A stretch of 64,000 nucleotides of DNA from Trichoplax adhaerens (taxonomy: Eukaryota; Animalia; Placozoa). Position 1 is the first letter of the stretch. Each line of letters begins with the position of its first letter. A program made the translations under genes and the position numbers. Below the pieces are notes generated by a model that saw only the letters and a program-made list of their open reading frames with translations, ran no database searches and had not been told where the DNA came from. Of the stretch, positions 53,714 to 64,000 are shown in pieces. Location: positions 1,000,272 through 1,064,271 of the forward strand of contig NW_002060958.1 of assembly GCF_000150275.1 (NCBI RefSeq), written 5' to 3'.

Positions 53714-54689
53714 TCTAGAATGAAGTTAATAATTCACTCATCACAAACTACAGGTGACATCGAAAGTATCATTTTAGCTGTTAGTGAGTGATCGTCACTG
53801 TAATACGTCTTATGTGAGTATAAGGATGAGATCTAAAGTTGATGTTTGCAGAGTGCATCAACAAACTATCCACCTCCATTAATGACGACTTACAATTTCG
53901 AGACAGGATCTAGAATGAAGTTAATAATTCACTCATCACAAACTACAGGTGACATCGAAAGTATCATTTTAGCTGTTAGTGAGTGATCGTCACTGTAATA
54001 CGTTTTATGTGAGTATAAGGATGAGATCTAAAGTTGATGTTTGCAGAGTGCATCAACAAACTATCCACCTCCATTAATGACGACTTACAATTTCGAGACA
54101 GGATCTAGAATGAAGTTAATAATTCACTCATCACAAACTACAGGTGACATCGAAAGTATCATTTTAGCTGTTAGTGAGTGATCGACACTGTAATACGTCT
54201 TATACGAGTATAGGGATGAGATCTAAAGTTAATATTTACATGGTGCATCTAGAAACTGTCTACCTCCATTAATGACGACTTACAATTTCGAGACAGGATC
54301 TAGAATGAAGTTAATAATTCACTCATCACAAAGCACAGAAGACATCGAAAGTATCATTTTCGCTGTTAGTGAGTGATCGTCACTGTAATACGTCTTATGT
54401 GAGTATAAGGATGAGATCTAAAGTTGATGTTTGCAGAGTGCATCAACAAACTGTCCACCTCCATTAATGACGACTTACAATTTCGAGACAGGATCTAGAA
54501 TGAAGTTAATAATTCACTCATCACAAAGTACAGAAGACATCGAAAGTATCATTTTAGCTGTTAGTGAGTGATCGTCACTGTAATACGTTTTATGTGAGTA
54601 TAGGGATGAGATTTAAAGTTAATATTTACATGGTGCATCTAGAAACTGTCCACCTCCATTAATGACGACTCACAATTTGGAGACAGGAT
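53714..54689. repeat. Tandem satellite, 195-bp unit x5
   Basis: TCTAGAATGAAGTTAATAATTCACTCATCAC at 53714, 53909, 54104, 54299 and 54494. Confidence 0.97.
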
Positions 54690-55641
54690 AATGATGAAAT
54701 TATACCACTGGCAATAGCCAAACTTTTTCAAGTTAAAGCCAGGGGAATAGGATAGACTAGCTATCAGTCCATCATGTACAAATCGATCAGGTCTTTTTGA
54801 GTACTACAAGTTGTTCATCTTGTATTTCTTGCTTTTTCACTAAAGCGTGCTACATCCTGCTAGGCACTGGCTCTTGATCATATTACTAGTAACACACCAT
54901 GCTGCTGACGAGTCCTGACAGCTATTCAACTCTGCCAATGGTTGATTACTTGATAGATATAGGCATTTATTGCCATTCAATACGAGTTAAAACATTATTT
55001 AGTATATTGTAATAAGGGTATTTATTCTTTTATTGATGTAGTAGACGGATTAGAATTTATATAATTAGATTGTGGTTAGAATAGCTATCCTTGACTCTGT
55101 AGATCGAAACGGCAATTCTTTCAGAATATAGTCATTGTATTGCAAGGAAATTTATGGATAATTTAAAACTATTTGTATGAATCACACGACACTAGTTGAT
55201 GCTAGGATACTCTACTATAGTTTATATCTTACAAATTAAGAAAGAATTCGAAGTAATAGTATAACATCAAAGTAGAATCACGGAACACAAGAGCTGATTA
55301 TGCAAATTCCCATATGGCAAGAGAATCGATAGGAGACCAAATCGATTCGTCAACAGGTTATAATTTAAATGGTAAAAACTCTGAACGAATATCAAGTTAG
55401 AGAAAACAACTTTTGTAATATAGCCTAGAAACCATCTGCAGCTATAGTTGTCTCTTACCCAGAAATAAAAATATAGAATATGGCTGTCTTTACTATTACT
55501 GTCATGGATACGCATTCGCATATATTAATAATATTAATATGATAAATTGAGCTACGATGATGCAAACAAAATAAAGTAGCACCATCAGACATCGTTGTAG
55601 GTATAACTATAATACAAATCAATTTACTTATACTGTAGGAT

Positions 55642-58600
55642 CTATTCCATATTGTCCACCACGATAGCTCTTTTACGGCGATCAATTGGTATCTCTAAGG
55701 TATATTTCATGGCAGCCCATTTGCTATGATACTGTAATAAGAAGAAATAACGGTTATTTAACATGCCAGAAAAGGCTTGATGCCATCCAATACGATAACA
55801 ACGACAATTTAGTTGAGTAGTTGTTATTCACCTGTTCATAAACTTTACATCTTCTTTCTGAATATTCCAGCAATATTTGTTGCATTTCCAATTCTTTTTG
55901 ATAGTCAAATTGCTCAATCTCATTCGACATATCTAAGCACATGACTTCTAGATGAGCTTTAGATGCATTCTGCTTCGATAGAACCTGCAATATTGGCGCA
56001 CAAGGGCAAGAAAATGGTATAAAAATTGCATTAATAAAATAAGTTAGCTTACTCGGGCGTGCTTCCTCTGCAGTACTTAAATCCTCAACTTTGATTACCT
56101 AACGAGTAGAACAGAAACAACTATAATCCTACATTGCTTTTACCTCATTGCGGCTTTCGCTAAAAGGATTGTCTAAATCTTCATTGCTACATAGAACGAC
56201 CTTTCCATCCGGTTGTTGGCTCTAAGTTTGACAGACAAAAATAATAAGTACAGTTCGATCAATCAATCACGTCCAGCAATGGTTAGACTATATATTATAC
56301 TATCAAGCTACACAGGACGTACATTGGCATTCTCATACTGCCTAGCTTCTTCTTCCCAGAATAGGAAATTGTCGATAGCGCGTTCAATTCGATCAAGGTA
56401 CGTCTAAAGTGGATAAATGAAACTAATGTTTTACCAAACTGCTATCAACGTAAAGAGGCCATTACGTAAATATTCATAAGCAAAGTGCTAATGTTTTTAA
56501 TTATGTTTTCTTTCAAGCAAAAGTTTCTACACTACTGTTTCTACACTACAGGTCTACAGCAGGCATCAAACTGCGGTCTTAAAAATGTCTTGCAAACGGA
56601 ATTTACTATCTCTACTGTCGTGCAATTACAGTTTTTCCCCCAGAGATAGCCAGTCTCACTTTGAGTATATTGCTACCGGTTTTAATTAAAGTATTTCTAT
56701 TCAACACAATTTTCTATCACTACCATCTAGTCTGCAGTATTTTGAAAGATAGCCAGCATCATCTTGACAATATTATCACAAAAAATAACAAAAAATCTTT
56801 CATTTAGTAGCTAAGTGCCATCACAAACGGTCTGCATGACAGTTTCTAAGAAGAACTAGTATGACAGTATCGCCTTGACAGTATTGAAACAACAGTTGAA
56901 ATAAATCTTTCAAATAGCAATATGACGACAAAACATCTTTCATGAACAGCTATGGTGCCATCACTAATATTCTACACTGCAATTTTCCAAGGATAACTAG
57001 TATGACCCTGACAGTATTGAAGCAAAAGTTGGAATGAAATTCTTCAAATATGATTTACAAGTGTTGACAATATTGAAGCAAAAATAGATGAACATTGCTT
57101 GCTTAAATCACCATAAAATTCCCCTTTTGTGCAGTAAGCTATTGATTCTGATAGAGTAGAAACATTTCAACTTACCTTTGCACTTTGAACATAGGCAATC
57201 AAACTCAATATATCCAAAATTAAGGATTGATCATTGATTAAATTCTATATCGTATTAGTAGCAAAAGAAAATGAAATAAGATCATCAATAAAAACGATCG
57301 TCTATACTTAACAAATCAGCGATACAACTGCAGCTAATAGACTTGAAAGCCTATAGTATAAAACTTGGCTATATCGAGCCCCTTTGACTCACTTTATTCT
57401 TATCGGCTTCATCTTGCATTCGACAAAGCTGAGAGCAAATTTCCTAAATAAAGGCACATTTCATTTTCATATTTTAGCCATTCTCTCCTCAAAAAGAATA
57501 GAGGCTTAAATTTTTATGGTATACGCTATCGTTGAGTTAAATTTAGCGTTACTATCATCAAAATACCAAATGAATCACCTGGAGAAATGTATCACTTGGT
57601 TCAGAATGACCAATACCTTCTATTGCATGGAAAACGGTATCTACATTATCAGAATGATATCCATAACGGTCGTAAGAAGTGTAAAATTGAGTAAATCACG
57701 CCGCAAACGTAGTATACAGTAGTAAATATGCTATTCAATGATCTAGGTGGAATAAACGACACTAATCATCTTTTGCGAAATAGTAGACCTGATATTTTGC
57801 TCTTATCCATTTCTTCTATGTTGTTCTGCAACATAGTTAAATTGGCAATTAAAGTATTCATGTAATCCTGATAAATGAATAAGATTAAAAGAAATGGATA
57901 AATATTCATATTAAAAGCAGAGAACTGCAAAATATCAGCATTGAATGGAAAGGGTTGTAATAAATCATTATTTCAAATGCAGTATACATATATATTTATG
58001 AGTCCATGTTTCTACTCTCAATAAGTGTTTTGAAGCTCGTTGACCTAATATAAAATGACTATTTCCTACAACTACTTTATATCATGTCTAATATCGACAT
58101 ACCTGTGCCTTACGAAGCGTTGAATTTTCGTCTTTCTCCATCCGAATAGGTTTATGATGGATCGTTTCATATGGATTTTCTAACTGACTGTAATCGTTTT
58201 GAATCGATTTTAGCTCCTAAAATAAAGTTATAGTGGAAGATTTAGGCATGCATAATACGACCAGTAATCAACGCAAGATAAATCTATGATGGGTGGTAGT
58301 AAAACCTGGTTTAATATTCGTATTGGAGTAGTTATTTACCTCGTTGGAGCCAGTAATAAATACTTTAAAATATGGGTGTTTTCGAAGAATCTAAATAGTT
58401 CATTTCATAAATGAAAATAGAATAGAAAAATTAAATCCGTGATTCGAAAGTATGGAATGTTGTAGCCAACATTGAGTTAATATATTATACACTCGTAGGA
58501 TAACTATAATGTCATAGCAATAGACATACTAAGCTCTATATAAATTGATTAAACAAATAGTCTAGAAAAATAACGTCAGTGTTTCCTTAAAATAAAAGCG

Positions 58601-61455
58601 AATTTTTTCATCATATTAACATTGATCTCATCAGACAATGTATTTTCGTAAAAGTGTCACGATTTCCTTACAAGACTGCCTTAGAAAGTCTTTAATAGGC
58701 AACTAAGCTGGCAAGTAAAGCCTTACTAAAGTACCACAACATTTCAGCACTTTATTCCTAATTATTAATATGGCAAAGTAATTGATCTAGATCCGATATG
58801 ATGCCCGTTGAGGCATCATTTTAAGCTCATCTGAGCATCTTCTCATTTTCCACGTGCAATGGAGTAAAACTTAGGTAAATCATAAACGAAATAAAATTGA
58901 AAATTGACTAGCTACCGTAGTCATGAATGATCCTTCTGTCCATGTTGCGAGATAAATTGTTATGTAATTAATTGAATCAGTTTTGATTTTGAATTTCCAT
59001 TATGTATTTTAACGAAAGGTACTTATAACAAATATTTATGTTGATAATGAATGTAAATAATTCATTAATTCCGCTTATTCTTTCATAGATTTTCAAATGA
59101 TATTAGCCATTTTAATTTAATTACGTTACTATTGTTGAAGCTCATTAAATTCTATTACTTTTTGTTCTTATTGATAGTAAATTTGTACAGTAGGACTATT
59201 CTAGCCTGGTATCGTATATTGTTGATGTTAACAAGAAAGAATTATCCCCTCCATGTCTATTTATACGTTCAAGGTAGAAGTAATTTTATTTGATACCGTA
59301 TTCTAATTTGTCATAGTAGAGGGTATGGCAATTATTGCAGACATGTCTAGATTAGTATTGAAGAATTTTATAATAACCTTGTGCCTACTAATCCGTGATA
59401 GAAATCGCTGCATTTCTTGTACAGTTTCTAATGGGATAAGGCAACTCTTTAGTGATTTTTAGAATGGATTAATATTTGCTCTATGCATTATATTATACAA
59501 TTAAATACTTTACTGACCTATTTTTGATTTGCCTGAAGCATCTCGTAATGGTGGAACAATCCTTTCCGGATTGACCATCTGCCGAAATTAATAACATAAT
59601 GATCATTATATTTATACTATAAACTAATTAACAGATATCATCAATCAAAATTCAATTATCTTTCTTCTTATAATCACTACATTACCTGTAAGGCTTCTCT
59701 TAGCCAAATTAAATCTTGTTTACTACGATTGACCTCAATCAAACTTTTATCAAAGATTGTCAGATTGGTCTGTAGTAAGGGAAAGTAAAATAAATAATCA
59801 ACCCAATGAATTAGAGTACATATCACAACCTTCTTGTAATAGTCTGTTTCAATACAGAAATACATTCTTCTTAATTTAGTAGCTCAGTTAAGGACAGACA
59901 CCGCAATATTCATGCTAGTGTACATGAAGGAGAATAGTCCGGTAAATCGATAAGATCATGAACTGATACTGGAATAGAATGCTGTTTATAAACTGAAAAA
60001 CTAACGATTCCTACTCAGAACATCATCTATAAAATAAATATTTCACTATGTACTGTATAGGGGTCAGCATTAAAGGTGAAAATGATGCAATTGCCAAACA
60101 AAATTTAAACTAGAAGTGTTAGGGTCTAGAGTATCTAAAGCTTTGTAATAACGGTGGAGGGCAATTTAAAATCATTGTTGATTCTGTCAATTACCATTTC
60201 TATATAATCTTGGCAAAGATACTATTCTACGATTGCAATAAATCGTGCTATTCGTACTGAATAACATTATGAAATAAGGAAATCAATTTGAATGGTCCTG
60301 CTGTATAAGGAAACCGCCATAAATCGCATTACTTAGATTGAGGTAGCTTTTAAATACCTTAGTTATTATTTTAAATGGTGATTCTTGATCTTCATCGATG
60401 CAGGTTACATTAATGATGAGAGTATGTATTGCTTCTTTGTGGCTACCATATTGAAAGAGATAGATTGAATAGATGGTGATTCATCATTGGAAAAGATTTT
60501 TCTTGCTGTTTTCTTGATAGTTGGAATATTAAAGAACATTCTATGAATACTTACACAGATTTAGGTGATGTTGGAACAGACACCGATGCAGAGGCGATAT
60601 GCGAATTACATGTTTTCGAATGGCTTTCTAAGTCTGTTATCCTAAAAAATGAATCAAACAAAGATTTATATATATATGTTATATACTACGTAAGCTTATT
60701 GTTAGCTATAATTCCTATACGATAATAATTAAAATAGCCGTCCTATGACGAAGTATATAATGCTATAACAGTCAAAATGAGTTGGAAAAATAACGCAAAT
60801 GCTCATGATCCAATGCCTTGCAATCCTTAAAAGTGTATTAGACATCAAAATACTGTAGATAGCTAATAGTGCAAACTTAAGTCCCTATATTACTCATATT
60901 TTAAAAATCTAGCATTTTGAAAAGATTTTATAAATTTGTAGCCAGCCTGCACTTAACATAAGCAGTGAAACTAATGATTTTATTGATATATGCTCCCAAA
61001 ATCAACTAGATGTTAATGAATACGCAACAATAAAATAACTGCTGATGCAGATAGCCGATAGAAAGACTAAAGGATTTGGTACTGTAGAAAAGGCCTTACA
61101 TGCTTATACTAAAGAATTATGAACATGTATTGTTGCCTACATTTTAATCTCTTATAGACTTGAAATATCATTATATTAATGGCACTAATAATTTCTTATT
61201 TCTGCGTAATATTCTACAGACTAGATCAACCGAATTCGATCTAATACGGGTTTGCAAGATAGGTCCCATACGTGTTATAATAATTCGATTTAGGTTATGT
61301 TTTAATTTACCTTATCTTTTCTGAACAAAGCGTACAGGATAAAACTAAATCGGAATCATCGGCGATAGTTTTACTCTATAAATATCAAGAAGTGAAATTG
61401 AACTTAATTAGTAAGACAGAAAGTTCGTTGATATATTATTATGGGTTTTTACCAT
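55642..61455 (-). CDS. Divergent PX-BAR sorting nexin (SNX5/6-like PX N-half) with an N-terminal C2HC zinc finger, about 18 exons
   Basis: Phase-consistent splicing of the 5' exons gives M|SKTIADDSDLVLSCTLCSEKIR|ITDLESHSKTC..; PX: FKIITK|TNLTIFDKSLIEVNRSKQDLIWLREAL..IVPP..EMQRFLSRISRHK|ILRKHPYFKVFI. The helical BAR-like C-terminus (MSNEIEQFDYQKELEMQQILLEYSE..YHSKW) stops at TAG 55644-55642. Possible 5'UTR exons lie further right. Confidence 0.8.
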
Positions 61456-64000
61456 TTTTGTAAGATGATCGTAATGTTGATACTGAATAATTATAGATAT
61501 ACTCGTATATAATCAAACACAGAAAATTATTCATCCTAGTAAATCGATCCTGTTTTCATTATCATGATTGCTACATCATAAGCTTGAGCTATATATTTTA
61601 TCTATTACTGGGTTAATATTTAAAGTTAAAAAGAAGTAAGTACAGTGTAAAGTGATACACGATATTCAGTGGGCTGACATAGGTTTGCGCGATTTCAAAT
61701 TTCTTCTTTTTGATTTAATGTTAATGACACATACTCTGCTACTGTATAGGTATGTATTATTAATGCTGCATAGATTCCATATGAAATCCTGTGAAATTAG
61801 TTTTCTAATATACTGAAAGTATAATTCGGTAAAGGATCCATAGAAGGCTATATGCGAGTCCGACAGATTTATACAAGACTGATTTAGTGACTGCACCTAG
61901 GAATTTTGTAATAAATTTCAAATTGTTTGCTCATACAACAGATGTTACCTTTTGAAGAATAGGGCGCCCATTTCTGGACCTGTTAGTGCTAGTCCTAGAT
62001 ACGAATTCTCATCATTAGCATGGAATTATGCATTATTTAAAAAATTAATTCATAAAACTGAGATGAAATGAATATTTTTCTAAAAGATAAATTGTGTATG
62101 AACAACTCTTATAGCAATAAGATTATTGGTTTATGTAGATCTATTTAGTAAATTATCAGGTTTCGATTTCAGTCTTGAAATACTACTGTATTTTTCGAGT
62201 ATAAGAATTTTTGTTAACTTAATATTATGGTATTGATTTATTTGACATAATGCATGGTTTAGATAACACTATCGAAGTAAAATAAACAGTCTAGTATAAT
62301 TTGAAATCTTCTGTAGTATAAGATTCTATTTTAAGTAAATCGTATTAGTTAATTATTCCTACTACATCGTCTTTTAAGTATAAGAGAATTGATACCGTTG
62401 AAAGTATGGCTATAATTTAAATGATTAGTAAAAAACATCAAGAAATTCGAGACTAAGCACTGACCTAAGATTGCATACTCTAAAATTTCTAGCTAATCAA
62501 TGTTAAACTGCTATCGCCCATAATTAAATAAGCATCGTATCTTCAAGAGAGGAGCTATTTATGAAGAGTTAAGTATTCCTGGTATTTTAACACTGATTAC
62601 AATTTCAAAGCAGTATTTACTGTTTATATATCATACACCATCAACGGTATATTCTGGTCTTGAGTAAATGAGGTTTACTCCACTAGTCATGATGACAAGT
62701 TCGTTATATAACTTTGTTGATACGCATAAACTAAACACCATATTCACAATCAATTTGTTTCTGTTTCTAGTGTTACTGTTAACTATTTCTAGATAGTATA
62801 GAGTTTATTGCGATTATACACTATATTCTGGATGCAAATAATGTATTTTAGTATTGACAGAAAATAAATTATTGCTTCAGGGACTAATTATAGACTGTGT
62901 AGTGGTTAGAAAAAAGAAAGATTGTTTCGCTTGTCAAGATATTGACAGCAATTTTTACTTTTTATCTAAATGCATGATAAAATATTTCCCCTTTGTCTAA
63001 TCTTCAAGTCTAATAACTTCAAAAATGTTTTATACTATATTTTATGGTCAAATTTGTCATCAACTTTAGTTAGAGATGCGGAAGATAGATCGTCAAAAAC
63101 TATTTAAAACTACTATTTTAGCTATAAAAGGAAGTATAACTTTGTGATTACTGATCACTTAGTAAATACTTTGTAAGATTAGTCAATTCTAATGTTAGCA
63201 ATTTATACAAACTCAAAGCCATTGAAAGCCTTACATGATTATTCTTGATAGTTCAAGCCTGGAAATTTAGCCACAAGTTGAAATTGACGAAAATCAATGC
63301 TGTCCTGTAATGTGCTCTAAAGGTAGATCTATATCCTAGTAGCGCAAAAATGTTATCGTTAGTTGTTAACTAATTGGAATGCTGACTAATCACTTGGTTA
63401 AGTAATGTTCTGCTATCTGTTGTAATTACTAATAGATTGAAAATAACCTTTTAGAATAAGTTTAATTTGTATTTAATCATAGTTAATCGCATTATTTATA
63501 ATCAATCCATTAAGAACCGAATGCTCGACAGCCAACATGGGATAAAATGTAGAATTAGAGTACAAGGCAACTGTGTCAACTTATCGATTGATGAGGAAGG
63601 CAACGTTGATGGTTAGTCCGTGTCCTTACTATTGTACTATAATTTATAATTTGAATAATAAATTGAAGCTTGTATAATAAATGTTCTGTTTATTAACATG
63701 CTTGACTAGATCGTATTATTATAACTGTTATTCCATCAACAATATATGTAAGTTCAATTTTATTGTTTATTGCAATCCGTTATTATGTGATCCTATACGG
63801 AAAAATTTACATCAAAAGATGGTGTAGAAACCTTGATTAAGCCAGCCTTACCTCTTGTTTATTCCTAGTTATTATCATTCAGTAATATTATTAGCAATGG
63901 GCTTGGTTTAAGTTTACTGTTGTCCAGGAAACTTCTGTTAAACCATAGAAACATGATCAAAAGAAAATTCAAATTTAATTATATTGTTTTGTAGTGGACA

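Noticed and set aside
59876-59950. tRNA-like start TAGCTCAGTTAAGGACAGA
   Set aside because: No T-arm GTTCRA and no acceptor-stem pairing; it lies within an intron.
61666-61995. 76-aa ORF and exon-like segments upstream of the sorting nexin
   Set aside because: A good AAAAATG|GT start exists at 61455 and these segments give no recognisable protein. They may be 5'UTR exons.

Overview
AT-rich eukaryotic nuclear DNA with a metazoan gene set and many short GT-AG introns. The compact, intron-dense style suggests a placozoan such as Trichoplax, but that is an inference. Recognisable genes, in order: first coding exon of KANSL1/NSL1 (- strand, rest runs off the left edge); an intronless ADAM10/17-like gene with a degenerate protease active site (-); a 177-aa ORF resembling a circularly permuted GIY-YIG nuclease (-); a deleted, frameshifted duplicate of the ADAM locus; a 14-exon PLP-dependent class I/II aminotransferase (+); SMARCC/BAF155-170 (+); ALIX/PDCD6IP (-); and a divergent PX-BAR sorting nexin with an N-terminal C2HC zinc finger (-). 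Intergenic DNA holds at least seven tandem arrays (several with higher-order periodicity), a foldback-like element, two ~100-nt near-perfect hairpins, and TACTGTA/TACAGTA tracts just upstream of gene starts. No CRISPR array, rRNA or convincing tRNA was seen. Exon coordinates were read by eye and may be off by a few bases.
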